From Deltaproteobacteria bacterium (lineage in GTDB: Bacteria; Myxococcota_A; Polyangia; Polyangiales; Houyiibacteriaceae), in the NCBI GenBank assembly GCA_034670305.1, contig JAXMNT010000038.1, forward strand, positions 14,178-78,177: a DNA stretch of 64,000 nt, read 5' to 3'. Made by a program: the position numbers and the translations under genes. Every line of letters begins with the position of its first letter. Position 1 is the stretch's first letter. The notes beneath the pieces are model-generated. The model did not search any database, was not told where the DNA came from, and worked only from the letters and a program-made list of their open reading frames with translations. This document shows, piece after piece, positions 1 to 9,285 of the stretch.

Positions 1-698
1 GCACCTGGGTGGCGACAGCGACCTGGTGGCTCGCGGGCGTCTGCTGCTACCCGACCATGTACTGCCTGGCTCTGAGCGTTCGGACGGATTCGGGCTGGTT
101 GGCGAGTGGCTGCATGGCGGCGATGTCGGGTGGCTGTCTGGTGGTCGCCTCGATCCAAGGGACCGCTTCACAGGACGCCGCCGCCTACCGCGCCGTCGAC
201 CTGGGCAAGGGTGGCGCGTTGGCCTGGACCATGCTCCAGGTCGTGATCTTCTGGGGACTGTTTCTCTGGGTGTTCCCGAAGACGGTGGTCGAGCTCGAAG
301 GGCGCTTCGGCGTGCCCGCCATTCCATCCGGGGGGTGGATTGCGCTCGCTGGGTTCGGCTTGGCCGGTTGCCTCGGCATGTGGAGCGGCACGACGATGGC
401 ACGCATCGGCCGCGGCACGCCGTTGCCGACGGCGGCGGCGAGCACCCTGGTGACCGCGGGGCCGTACCGCTGGGTGCGCAACCCGATGGCGGTGGCGGGG
501 ATCACGCAAGGCATCGTCATGGCGTGGTGGATGGGGAGCGCGTCGTACATCGCGCTTTCGCTGTTGGGCGGCGCCATCTGGCACGTGTTCGTGCGGCCGT
601 CGGAAGAGGCGGATCTCGAAGCCCGTTTCGGTGCGCCGTATCGGACCTACAAGACGCAGGTCGGCCTCTGGCTCCCGTGGCTGTTTCGCAGCCGCTAG
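1..698 (+). CDS. Isoprenylcysteine carboxylmethyltransferase / phospholipid methyltransferase family membrane protein (probably 5'-truncated by the window edge)
   Basis: Multiple hydrophobic helices; family-like motifs GxGTPLP, LVTAGPYRWVRNPM, EEADLEARFGAPYRTYK. Confidence 0.75.
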   Translation, partial: TWVATATWWLAGVCCYPTMYCLALSVRTDSGWLASGCMAAMSGGCLVVASIQGTASQDAAAYRAVDLGKGGALAWTMLQVVIFWGLFLWVFPKTVVELEGRFGVPAIPSGGWIALAGFGLAGCLGMWSGTTMARIGRGTPLPTAAASTLVTAGPYRWVRNPMAVAGITQGIVMAWWMGSASYIALSLLGGAIWHVFVRPSEEADLEARFGAPYRTYKTQVGLWLPWLFRSR

Positions 699-1255
699 CA
701 GGTCGCTGAAAAGCGACCTGCTCCCTTGCCGTTGCCCTTGCCCGTGCCCTTGCCCGCGTCGTGGACGCCGTGTGTTTCGCGACAGCTAGGCCGCGAATCG
801 GAGCCCGATGCCCAGCGGACGAAGCCGCCGGGCATCGGTCGGTGCTACGCGGCGCAGCTCCGCAGCCGCGCGACGCGTAGGAGGTTGTATGCGGCGCCGG
901 CCAGGTAGGCGGCGAACTGTGTCTTGCGTCTGCCTCGATATTGCTGGTCTCTCGCGGCGTCCCGAAGGGTGCGGACGCCTTCGGCCGTCCTGGAACCCTT
1001 CGGGAACGGCTCCGGACCTGCTCGTCGCTTCGCTCCTGCGCGGGCCCGAAGCCTCGCACGCGAGAGACAATATTTCTTGGGGGCACAGCCCCCAAGAAAC
1101 ATCGAACGGCCTCTCGCCCACCTCGAGCAGGTCGTCGCGATGCTCGTCGCGCTGATCAAGCGATCTGACCGCTGATCCGCGGGCAAGGGCAAAGGCAAGG
1201 GCAGGGGCAAGGGGCAGGCTGCGAGAACGCCCTGCGGGCGTTCTTCAGCAACCTG
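699..1255. mobile_element. Non-autonomous IS5-derived composite MITE
   Basis: Terminal inverted repeats CAGGTCGCTGAAAA (from 699) and TTCTTCAGCAACCTG (to 1255), flanked by CTAG (695-698) and TTAG (1256-1259). Minus-strand remnant YRGRRKTQFAAYLAGAAYNLLRVARL resembles an IS5 transposase C-terminus. The right part recurs inverted at 63880-64000. Confidence 0.8.
845..940 (-). pseudogene. C-terminal fragment of IS5-family transposase
   Basis: YRGRRKTQFAAYLAGAAYNLLRVARL matches the RxRG...AAAYNLxR pattern at the end of IS5 transposases; the rest of the gene is absent. Confidence 0.65.
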
Positions 1256-1266
1256 TTAGTACTCGG

Positions 1267-1962
1267 CTACAGGACGATGCGGCGGATGTTGAGGGTGTAG
1301 CTGCCGATGTCGGTGGTGATGGCGGTGAAGATGAGGGTGGTGTCGCCCGGGGCGACGCGGCCTCTGCAGGTGGGGCTGCCGCTGCAGTAGATGCCGTCGG
1401 AGCGGCCGTTGCTGACGGTGACGCTCCAGGTGCCGCTACCGCCGCCGGTGATGTCGGCGCAGAACGGATCGCCGGGGCGCACATCCCGGAAGTAGCTGTC
1501 GGGCGTGCCGCTCGAGGCGGACTCCCGGATGGTCTCGACGGTCAGCCCGGCTTCCTCGCAGGTGACCGGACCCGGGCCAGCATCGGTGCCAGCGTCGGTG
1601 CCAGCATCGGTGCCCGCGTCGGTGCCCGCGTCGGTGCCTGCGTCGGTGCCCGCGTCGGTGCCCGCGTCGGTGCCCGCGTCGGTGCCCGCGTCGGTGCCCG
1701 AGTCCGTGCTGGCGTCGAGGTCTGCGCCGGAATCGAGGTCTGCGCCGGAATCGAGGTTCGGGGCGTCGCTCGCAGCGTCCAAGTCGACCGCCGCGTCTGT
1801 CGAGGACGCGTCGATGTCTGCGGCATCGCGGTCGGGCGCGTCCGCTTCGGACCGGGCATCGCTGACCGGCCCTGCGTCCGCGCCAGTGCGCACGTCGTCG
1901 CCGCATGCCGCAGCGACGATGGGGAGAAGAACGAGCAGCGCGACGGGGTGATGAAGTCTCAC
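1267..1962 (-). CDS. Putative lipoprotein with DAGT-repeat linker and small C-terminal beta-rich domain
   Basis: Signal/lipobox VAAAC, tandem (TDAG)n encoded by 12-bp repeats, C-terminal globular Cys-containing segment. Confidence 0.7.
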   Translation of the reverse strand: MRLHHPVALLVLLPIVAAACGDDVRTGADAGPVSDARSEADAPDRDAADIDASSTDAAVDLDAASDAPNLDSGADLDSGADLDASTDSGTDAGTDAGTDAGTDAGTDAGTDAGTDAGTDAGTDAGTDAGPGPVTCEEAGLTVETIRESASSGTPDSYFRDVRPGDPFCADITGGGSGTWSVTVSNGRSDGIYCSGSPTCRGRVAPGDTTLIFTAITTDIGSYTLNIRRIVL

Positions 1963-2044
1963 CCGGCGGAGGTTCTCACATTGGTCGGGCAGGGGGCAGC
2001 CGCGGAGGGCGCCGGCGGGTTCTTGCCGCCCACTGCCGCAGACC

Positions 2045-2335
2045 ACTGCTGTCTCTGCTCGTTCCTGCTGCTGTGTCTGCTGCTGGTTCTGCTGCTGTGT
2101 CTGCTGCTGTGTCTGCTGCTGTGTCTGCTGCTGTGTCTGCTGCTGTGTCTGCTGCTGCCGATCCGAACCGACGCCGAAGCCGAACCCGAAGCCGAAGCCG
2201 AAGCCGAAGCCGACGCCGACGCCGAAGCCGAAGCCGAACCCGAAGCCGACCCCGAAGCCGAAGCCGACGCCGAAGCCGAAGCCGAAGCCGACGCCGACGC
2301 CGAAGTCGAAGCCGACGCCGAAGCCGACGCCGTCA
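2045..2335. repeat. Intergenic tandem arrays: (CTGCTGCTGTGT)n at ~2045-2160 and (GCCGAA/GCCGAC)n at ~2165-2335
   Basis: 12-mer and 6-mer tandem repeats visible between two minus-strand genes. Confidence 0.9.
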
Positions 2336-2340
2336 ACGCG

Positions 2341-3555
2341 TCAGAGGCGGGTGCAGGTGGAGGCGTTGGTGGGGCTGCAGGGGATGCCGCAGCTCGAGTC
2401 GCAGACCTGGCCGGTGTTGGTGTAGCCGTCGGGACAGGGCCAGTTGCCGCAGTTGGTGACCGTGGCGGCTTCGGCCAACGTGCAGGTGGTCGAGTTGGCG
2501 CCGGAGGGGCAGTCGCTTCCGCAGGTGGCCGTGCATTCCCAGCGGGAGTGGTAGTGGGTTTCGGGACACCGGTTGAAACAGGTGCGGTAGCTGTCGCTGC
2601 AGTTGGGGGCGCAGGTGATGGTGTTGTAGGGCGACGTGCTGCACGAGGTCGTGGCGTTGCATCCGGCGGTGCAGCTGACCGCGCTCCAGTGGTAGCCGGC
2701 GGGGCAGCCAGCGGTGCACTTGGTGATCGCGTCGCAGGTGCACACGTTGCAATCGCTCCAGGTGCATGTGCTCGAACAGGTGCGCGCGGTGCAGGTGTCG
2801 CACGCGCCGGTCGCACCGGGGGCGCACTCTCCTTCACCGGTGCACGACCCGAACAGCTCCCACCGACACGACTCGTTGCAGCGGCGGCTCTGGGTTCCGC
2901 AGTTGCCGCAGCTGCGCGCGTCGGTCGTGTCCGCCTCGCACTCTCCCGCGCCGGTGCACGGTCCCCACGGTCCGAACCCACAGCCTTCGTTGCAGATGCG
3001 GTCGCGGGTGCCGCAGTTGCCGCAGGCTTCGGTTTCGCGGGTGCCGGGCACGCACGTGCCCAAGTCGGTCCCGCACGCGACGCAGAGCGCATCCACGCAC
3101 TCGCCACCGCCCGGACACGGGGTGCCAGGGCAACACGGCGCGCCGGGTGCGCCACACTGGAGACAGCGTCCGACGGAGGTGTCGCATGAGAACCCGGTCG
3201 CGCAGGCGTCTCCGAGACAGCACGGGTCGTCCATGCGACCGCACGGGACGCAGGTGCCGGCGTCGCACACGAGCACGCCGTTGCACGCGTCGCCGTCGCA
3301 GCACGGTTGCCCGGTCGCGCCACACACACCCGGCGGCACATCGAAGCGCAACACGTCGCGGGCGGGTGCATCGAGGTTGGCGTCGACGCTGCGACTGTCC
3401 ATGGACGCATCTCGGCTCGCCACGCGCACACACACGCCCGCCTCGCAGGTCCAGCCATCGGCGCAGGGACACGAACGCCCTTCCAGGTCGACCTCGCTCA
3501 ACGCGCACGCGGGCACAGTGGCGAGGAGCAGGAGCGTGAGGAAGGAAGCGCGCAC
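2341..3555 (-). CDS. Cys-rich secreted lipoprotein
   Basis: Lipobox-like LATVPAC; repeated CGNCGT...C...W motifs; very high Cys content. Confidence 0.75.
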   Translation of the reverse strand: MRASFLTLLLLATVPACALSEVDLEGRSCPCADGWTCEAGVCVRVASRDASMDSRSVDANLDAPARDVLRFDVPPGVCGATGQPCCDGDACNGVLVCDAGTCVPCGRMDDPCCLGDACATGFSCDTSVGRCLQCGAPGAPCCPGTPCPGGGECVDALCVACGTDLGTCVPGTRETEACGNCGTRDRICNEGCGFGPWGPCTGAGECEADTTDARSCGNCGTQSRRCNESCRWELFGSCTGEGECAPGATGACDTCTARTCSSTCTWSDCNVCTCDAITKCTAGCPAGYHWSAVSCTAGCNATTSCSTSPYNTITCAPNCSDSYRTCFNRCPETHYHSRWECTATCGSDCPSGANSTTCTLAEAATVTNCGNWPCPDGYTNTGQVCDSSCGIPCSPTNASTCTRL

Positions 3556-3604
3556 GAAACAACGACACCATACAAGAAAGCCGGGCCGCCGGACGGATGA
3601 GCGT

Positions 3605-4558
3605 CTAGTAGCTGGCCATGTCGGCGCAGTCCAAGTGGTCTCCGGGATCGACGCCGAGCAAGTCCGTGTAGCGCCGGTAGAACCCGATCCGATCGTCGAC
3701 ACGCGGGTCCGGGCCGATGTTGCACTCGAGGCCGCCGTTGATGATGTTCACGGTCATTCCGAATCCCGGACGGCGGTTGCCCGCCTCGTCCGCAGACGAC
3801 GGAGTCCAGTGGCCCACCATCACGTCGTGGCACGAAGGTTTGGGTGGCTGGCTTGTCATCCAGAACCAGATGGCGGTGCGAAACGCGACCACGCCGTCGG
3901 TGGCCACGAGATCCGGATCGCTCAAGAGATCCAGCCCGAGCGCCGCCCCGGCCTGCCCGTAGTTGTAGTTCCACGAGAGCTGCATCGGACCGCGGCCGTG
4001 GTACGTGCGTCCGGCCGCGCACGGCCACATCTCGGATGCAGCGCAGTAGCCCGTACATCCACCGCCGCCGCAGCCCACCTCTTCTTTGAAGCAGAGCCCC
4101 CACGCGTGCGGACCGTCCGGCGCAGTCGACCAACCCCCGGTCGTCTCGTGGGACACGTTCGCGAGAAACGCAGCCGCTTCCCGTCGACGGACCTCGAGGC
4201 TGCCTTCGCTGCAGAAGTCCGGGAACGTCTCGGCGGCCGCCAAGAGCGCCTCGTAGGTGAACAGGCTTCCATCGCACGCCGGGTCGGTTCGATGCAGAAA
4301 GAACGCGTCGTACATCGCGCGCGTGACGATGGCGGCGAAGTCGCCCGTGCCAGCGTCTGTGTCGTCGACGATGGTGTCGAAGGGCGCGTCGTCTGCGCCA
4401 GCGTCTCGAGCGCCAGCGTCCGACCCGGCATCCGGCGTCCGAGCGGCGTCGGCGAGCGCACTGTCCGGAACGGGTGCAGCGTCGCGCGCCACCGCGTCGT
4501 CGTCGCCGCCACAGGCGCCCATCAAGAGGATCGCCATCGTCGGAATGAAGCGTCTCAC
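3605..4558 (-). CDS. Glycoside hydrolase family 19 chitinase, lipoprotein
   Basis: [65 protein letters not shown]; lipobox LMGAC. Confidence 0.95.
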   Translation of the reverse strand: MRRFIPTMAILLMGACGGDDDAVARDAAPVPDSALADAARTPDAGSDAGARDAGADDAPFDTIVDDTDAGTGDFAAIVTRAMYDAFFLHRTDPACDGSLFTYEALLAAAETFPDFCSEGSLEVRRREAAAFLANVSHETTGGWSTAPDGPHAWGLCFKEEVGCGGGGCTGYCAASEMWPCAAGRTYHGRGPMQLSWNYNYGQAGAALGLDLLSDPDLVATDGVVAFRTAIWFWMTSQPPKPSCHDVMVGHWTPSSADEAGNRRPGFGMTVNIINGGLECNIGPDPRVDDRIGFYRRYTDLLGVDPGDHLDCADMASY

Positions 4559-4655
4559 CGCCCTCAACGTCTCACGCGGTTCGAGGACATTCCAGGGCTC
4601 GAGGTTCTGTGAAACCGCCACGCGCCACTTCCGTCACCAAGGGGACGGAACACAA

Positions 4656-4686
4656 CTGCCCCTCGCGGCTTGGGCCGGAGGGGCAG
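4656..4686 (-). terminator. Hairpin downstream of tmRNA, possible terminator
   Basis: CTGCCCCTC (4656-4664) pairs with GAGGGGCAG (4678-4686); U tail is weak. Confidence 0.45.
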
Positions 4687-4690
4687 GGTT

Positions 4691-5049
4691 TGGTGGAGGC
4701 GCAGGGAATCGAACCCTGGTCCGAGAACGATCCAAATCGGCGTCTACGTGCGTATTCCGTGGACTTGAGTTTCGCTCAGACGTGCGCCCACGGACGGGCT
4801 CTTGTCTTCGCTAGCTGCTCTAAATCTCATCACCTCGTCGAGCTGCAACCGTGGTGACCAGTCGATTCAAATGACGCCTCCGAAGGGAGCATCGACAAGC
4901 TCCCTAATTCGGCGGCCCTACAGGTTTTTAAGCTGCGAGAGCGAGTGCGTTGTCGTTGGCACTTATAGGTTCCCACGCTTTTAACGCCGTCGTGAGCCGG
5001 CGGACACGCAACCGATTCTTCTTCGTCCCCGTCGAAACCGATCGCCCCC
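4691..5049 (-). ncRNA. ssrA: tmRNA (SsrA), tag peptide ANDNALALAA*
   Basis: 5' GGGGGCG pairs with 3' CGCCUCC-ACCA with a G3:U alanine determinant; T-arm GGTTCGATTCC; tag ORF at 4928-4960 on the minus strand. Confidence 0.97.
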
Positions 5050-5147
5050 AGAAGGGACACACCGTCGAAGGAACCCGGGTTTTCAACGAACCCGCCCACT
5101 ATGGGCACGGGCCATCGAAGAATCAACGTGCCGGAGCCGGGGAGCCG

Positions 5148-5362
5148 CCCTTGCCCTTGCCCCTGCCCTTGCTCTTGCTCTTGCCCTTGCCCCTGCCCTT
5201 GCCCTCGGAAAAAGCGGCAGACTCAGTGGCAGCGGCAGACTCAGTGGCAGCGGCAGACTCAGTGGCAGCGGCAGACTCAGTGGCAGCGGCAGACTCAGTG
5301 GCAGCGGCAGTGGCAGCGTTAGACTCAGTGGCCGCGGCAGACTCAGTGGCAGCGGCAGACTG
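5148..5362. repeat. Intergenic tandem arrays: (CCCTTG)n at ~5148-5204 and 18-mer (GCGGCAGACTCAGTGGCA)n at ~5214-5362
   Basis: Tandem repeats visible between sspB and ssrA. Confidence 0.9.
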
Positions 5363-5375
5363 CGTGCAGCGCCAG

Positions 5376-5900
5376 CTACTTGACGACGCGGAGGTGGGAG
5401 GGGCGGCCCGGGGTCGGGCCGTCGCCATCCGGATCGGGCGCGTCTTCGGTCTTCTCGATCGCTTCGACGAGGGCGCCGGGGGGCGGGGGGATGGTGGACT
5501 TTCGACCGCCCTTCACCACACGCAGACCCTTGGGCTCGCGTTTGCCCATCTCGCGCTCGACCTCTTCGACGAGCTCCGCCGGCATGGAGTCGGGCCAGAC
5601 CATCGCGCGGCCGTGCGAGTCGGCGAGCGCGTAGACGGCATCCCAGGGAACCGTCACGGAAAACGGGGAGCCACCGAAGCTCAGGGTTCCGAATATGCCC
5701 GCGTCGTCCACCCGGAGGTCCGGAATGGGTTTCGGCATGTCGAAACCGACCTGGAGCACCAACTGCGGCGACTGCCTCAGGTGGAGCGGGACGACGACGC
5801 CTTTGGCGCGCGGGTCCAGGTGGATGAACAGATCTCCGCGGAGCAAGAGGCCGCGTGCGACGTCTTGCTTGTCCGGAAGCTGCTGCTCTCCGTCCCCCAC
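5376..5900 (-). CDS. sspB: SspB-like ClpXP specificity-enhancing factor
   Basis: GVVVP...LVLQVG...LSFGGSPFSVTVPWDAVYAL core; C-terminal ClpX-docking-like tail RPSHLRVVK. Confidence 0.85.
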   Translation of the reverse strand: MGDGEQQLPDKQDVARGLLLRGDLFIHLDPRAKGVVVPLHLRQSPQLVLQVGFDMPKPIPDLRVDDAGIFGTLSFGGSPFSVTVPWDAVYALADSHGRAMVWPDSMPAELVEEVEREMGKREPKGLRVVKGGRKSTIPPPPGALVEAIEKTEDAPDPDGDGPTPGRPSHLRVVK

Positions 5901-6057
5901 CTACCAGCCATAGCATGTTGCGCCCCCTGCGCCAGAAGGGCGCACCGCTTCAAAAGCAGCCCTGGATCACGCGCCACCCTTCCGAACTTGAAACACGTTC
6001 CTTTCAGATCCGAACGACGTTCGCCGGACCCGCCGCGAAATCATGGGGGATTCCGGC

Positions 6058-6073
6058 TGGCACGCCGCATGCT
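6058..6073 (+). promoter_or_regulatory. Sigma54 -24/-12 promoter
   Basis: TGGCACG-CCGC-ATGCT versus consensus TGGCACG-N4-TTGCW, with correct GG/GC spacing. Confidence 0.7.
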
Positions 6074-6083
6074 TTGTATCCCC

Positions 6084-6198
6084 GCAGACGGTGGTTGGCC
6101 GAAACTACCCCCCCCCTCCTGTGACGGCCAACCTCGGACTCCGACGACTCGCTCCTGGACGAACCCCCCCTCATCCGGAGCGAGTCGTCGCTTATTTA
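6084..6198 (+). ncRNA. Candidate small RNA with two C-rich-loop hairpins (Pxr-like architecture)
   Basis: Stem GGTTGGCCG/CGGCCAACC (6093-6133) with a C9 loop; stem CGACGACTCGCTCC/GGAGCGAGTCGTCG (6142-6190) with a C7 loop, then TTATTT; starts about 12 nt after the sigma54 box. Confidence 0.6.
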
Positions 6199-6276
6199 AC
6201 CTGCCGAAGCGGCTGATTCGTCGGTGAGGACCGAGAGGTCTTCGTTTCGTAGGCGGGCTGCGTATACTCCCGCCCC

Positions 6277-7854
6277 ATGAGTGACCAGGAGGAGGAAGAG
6301 CAGCGGGCGTTCGTGGTGGCCCGGCTAGGCACCGAGACGTGGGTGACCGACCTCCCCACCGGTCAGCACATCACGGTGGGTTCTGCCGAAGCCGCCGACC
6401 TCCGCCTCGACGATCCGGGCATCGCGCCCGGCCAGCTGCGGCTCTTCTGGGATGGCAAGACCGTGACGTTGGAGGCGACCGCCGGCACGTTCCTCCAAGG
6501 AAAGAAGTTCGCGGGCGCCTGCGAACTCAAGCCAGGCGAAGAGCTGGCGATCGGTGGCGCGCAACTCGTGCTCGGGGTGTCGGTGCCTTTGGCCACCGGT
6601 GGACGTCGCGCGCTGACCCACCACGAGTTCCGCGAGCGTCTCTACGAAGAGCTCGCCCGCGCCAGTCGGGTCGGTCGTCCGACGACCCTGGTGATGATGA
6701 CCGCGCGCAGTGGGGAGGGTGGTCGCATCTCATCGGCGGCGCTCGATTCGTTCCGAGGCGGCGACGTCGTCGGTACCTATGCCTCGGACGAGCTCGAGAT
6801 GCTTCTCCCCGACACCGACTGGGACACCGCGCAGTTCGTGATCGAACGGTTGCTCGCGTCGGCGGAAGTCGAAGCGGCGGTCGGCCTGGCGGTCTCGCCC
6901 GATCACGGCGACTCGCCGGAGCGGCTCTTGCGGGCTGGGCGGCGCGCGCTCGCGTCCGCGCACAACGACGGCGCGACGTTTCGGGGACCGCCCGAGCCCT
7001 CGGCCGGCAGCCCGCGCACGGAACTGGCGGTGGAAGATCCCGCGACGGTCGCGCTCGTGTCCGACCTCGAAGACGCGGCCGCCGATGCGCAGCCGGTGTT
7101 GCTGCTCGGGGAGCGCAGCGCGGGCAAGAGCGCGTTCGCGCGGCTGGTCCACGAACGATCCGCCCGGACCGGCGAGTTCGTGACGGTGCACGGTGCGTCG
7201 GAGGAGACGTTCGATGCGTCGCGGCTCGAGCCGGCCGAAGGCGGCACGTTGTTCATGGACGAGGTGGGCGAGCTTCCGATCGACCATCAGCGCCAGCTCT
7301 TGGCGTGGCTCGACGAGAAGGAGCGGGACATCCGCCTCATCGCCACCACCCACCGCGCGCTTGCGGCGCTGGTGGAGCGCGATGCGTTCGACTCGGGTTT
7401 GCACGAGCTGCTTTCGACCCGCGTGCTGGAGGTGCCCGCGCTCCGCAACCGGCCGGGCGACATCCTGCCGCTCGCGACTCAGTTCGCGGAGGAGTCCGGC
7501 GCACCGACGCCGGTGAACTTCTCGCCGGGATCGATCGCGCGACTGCGCAGCTACCCCTGGCCGGGCAACGTGCTGGAGCTCCGCAACGCGATGGAGCGGG
7601 CGGTGCGGTTGGCCCGCGAGGGGGAGATCCTCGCCGAACACCTGCCCTCGGAACCGATGTCGATCGCGTCCAGTGAGGGCCGGCTTCGGGAACACGTGGA
7701 CAGCGTGGAGCGCGACGCGATCATCAAGGCGTTGGCCGACTCCAACCACAACCAGACCCACTCGGCCAAACGACTCGGCATCAGCCGCCGCGCGCTGATC
7801 TACAAGATGGAAAAGTACGGCCTGAAACGACCGCCCAAGGGCAGCAAGCGGTAG
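6277..7854 (+). CDS. FHA / degenerate GGDEF-like / sigma54-type AAA+ / Fis-HTH transcriptional regulator
   Basis: N-terminal FHA-like region; GERSAGKS Walker A; GGTLFMDEVGEL; YPWPGNVLELRN; HTH NQTHSAKRLGISRRALIYKM. Confidence 0.85.
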   Translation: MSDQEEEEQRAFVVARLGTETWVTDLPTGQHITVGSAEAADLRLDDPGIAPGQLRLFWDGKTVTLEATAGTFLQGKKFAGACELKPGEELAIGGAQLVLGVSVPLATGGRRALTHHEFRERLYEELARASRVGRPTTLVMMTARSGEGGRISSAALDSFRGGDVVGTYASDELEMLLPDTDWDTAQFVIERLLASAEVEAAVGLAVSPDHGDSPERLLRAGRRALASAHNDGATFRGPPEPSAGSPRTELAVEDPATVALVSDLEDAAADAQPVLLLGERSAGKSAFARLVHERSARTGEFVTVHGASEETFDASRLEPAEGGTLFMDEVGELPIDHQRQLLAWLDEKERDIRLIATTHRALAALVERDAFDSGLHELLSTRVLEVPALRNRPGDILPLATQFAEESGAPTPVNFSPGSIARLRSYPWPGNVLELRNAMERAVRLAREGEILAEHLPSEPMSIASSEGRLREHVDSVERDAIIKALADSNHNQTHSAKRLGISRRALIYKMEKYGLKRPPKGSKR

Positions 7855-8007
7855 TTCCGCTGGTTTGAGCGCGTGCTGTCCCGAATGTCGGGGCGGCGTG
7901 TCTCGTGGTCGTGGGCGAGGGACACGTGGGCACGCGGGCCGTGGTTTGGGTGCGGTTCTGACGGGAAGCAATGCCCCTCTCCGGAATGAAGGTGGTATGG
8001 TGCCCTC

Positions 8008-8724
8008 ATGGCCATCGCGCCGCGATCTGCGGATGAACTCCTTAAAGACGTCTCGAGGCTCAACGAGCTTCCTGCCGCTGATTTGAAGGCCCTTGCGGAG
8101 TCCGCCGAGGTGCGAAAAGCACCCAAGGGCGCTCCGCTCTTCAGTGAAGGTCAAGACGCCGAGGGGCTCTGGATCGTTCGCACCGGCGAAGTGAAGCTCA
8201 CCAAGAGCGGACGCGACGGCCGCGAACAGATCCTCTACCTCGCCCGTCCCGGCAAAGCGATCATCGAAGGTCTGCGGTTCGACGGCGGCGGGTACCCCGC
8301 AAGCGCCGTCGCCATGCGTGCGGCGAGCGCCATCTTGATCCCGAACGAGTTCCTCACGCGCCTCGGCGATCGCCGACCGCAGGTGCTGCGCACGTTGATC
8401 GACATGCGCGCCAAACGCTCCGACCGCACGCTGCAGCTCGTGAGCGACCTGTCGCTCCGCACGGTGCCGGCGCGCCTCGCGTCGTTCCTGTGCACGCTCG
8501 TCGCGATGCGCGAAGCCAAGGGCCAGGACTCGCGCAACCTCGTACGCGACCTGACCACCGAAACCGTCGCCGGCCGACTCGGCACGGTCCGCGAAGAGAT
8601 CAGCCGCGGCCTCGCGTACCTCGAACGCCAGGGCGCGCTGAACGTCAGCCCGGATCTCATCGAAGTCGTCGACCTCGAGCGGCTCGAACAGATCGCGTTC
8701 GGACCCAAGAAGGGTTCGAGCTGA
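8008..8724 (+). CDS. Crp/Fnr family transcriptional regulator
   Basis: cNMP-binding-like LFSEGQ...GEVKLTK...GREQIL; HTH LTTETVAGRLGTVREEISRGL. Confidence 0.9.
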   Translation: MAIAPRSADELLKDVSRLNELPAADLKALAESAEVRKAPKGAPLFSEGQDAEGLWIVRTGEVKLTKSGRDGREQILYLARPGKAIIEGLRFDGGGYPASAVAMRAASAILIPNEFLTRLGDRRPQVLRTLIDMRAKRSDRTLQLVSDLSLRTVPARLASFLCTLVAMREAKGQDSRNLVRDLTTETVAGRLGTVREEISRGLAYLERQGALNVSPDLIEVVDLERLEQIAFGPKKGSS

Positions 8725-8964
8725 ACGACGACTGAGCCGTCGATGAGAGCGGCTGCGACGATCGTCTTGCTCTCGAAGTCTTGCGCACCGGCTGCGGAAC
8801 CCAGCCACCGGTGCCCAATGGATGTGCGGCGAGAGGCACGCGCGCACTGCGCGCAGCTTTGCGTGGGAGTGCCCTCCGCGCCGGGTGTGCTGACTTATGG
8901 TCCAGGGGAACTCGCCGAGTAGCTCCCTCGGCTCTTTGCCCTGAGACGGCACCAACCAAGTGCG

Positions 8965-9240
8965 ACCGCCTAGTGGCCCGAGCGTCACCTGCTGCGGGGC
9001 CAGAGGACGCCGAGGTCGCGGTGTAGCTGAGAAGGCGGCGGGGTTCCGGCTTGGAGCGGCTGCGGGGACGGCCGCTGGCGGGCGGCGCGCTGCGGGGGCT
9101 TCTTTGCAGATGCACCATGCTGCTGCACCGCTTTGAACTGCCGTGTTCGGAGGACCGCCGTTCGTTGCCCGGCGGGCGGCACAAAGCGCAGCGCCCGACC
9201 CGCGTCGCCGGTGCCGAAAAGTGGCTGCGCCAGGAACAAA
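8965..9240. repeat. Left arm of long imperfect inverted repeat flanking the transposase
   Basis: Core 9103-9230 is an imperfect reverse complement of 9996-10123; GCGGGGTTCCGGC/GCCGGAACCCCGC extends the match outward. Confidence 0.8.
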
Positions 9241-9285
9241 GGACTTGAAACGATAGCCAAGATGTAGTATATTAGCCTAATCAAG

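Noticed and set aside
1118-1175. Diversity-generating retroelement suggested by the Avd-like tail
   Set aside because: Only a short fragment; no reverse transcriptase or TR/VR pair in the window
1948-3189. 413-aa plus-strand ORF with LLLC and AE repeats (also 1959-3458 minus and 4950-6227 plus)
   Set aside because: Products of simple repeats and antisense shadows of real genes
1260-4690. Genomic island integrated at the ssrA 3' end
   Set aside because: No integrase and no duplicated ssrA 3' end seen; the downstream genes look native
4691-4725. tRNA gene
   Set aside because: The T-arm and CCA belong to tmRNA; the matching 5' acceptor strand is ~360 nt away and a tag ORF lies between
5214-5362. 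Regular repeats as a possible CRISPR array
   Set aside because: Head-to-tail 18-mers with no unique spacers, and no cas genes in the window
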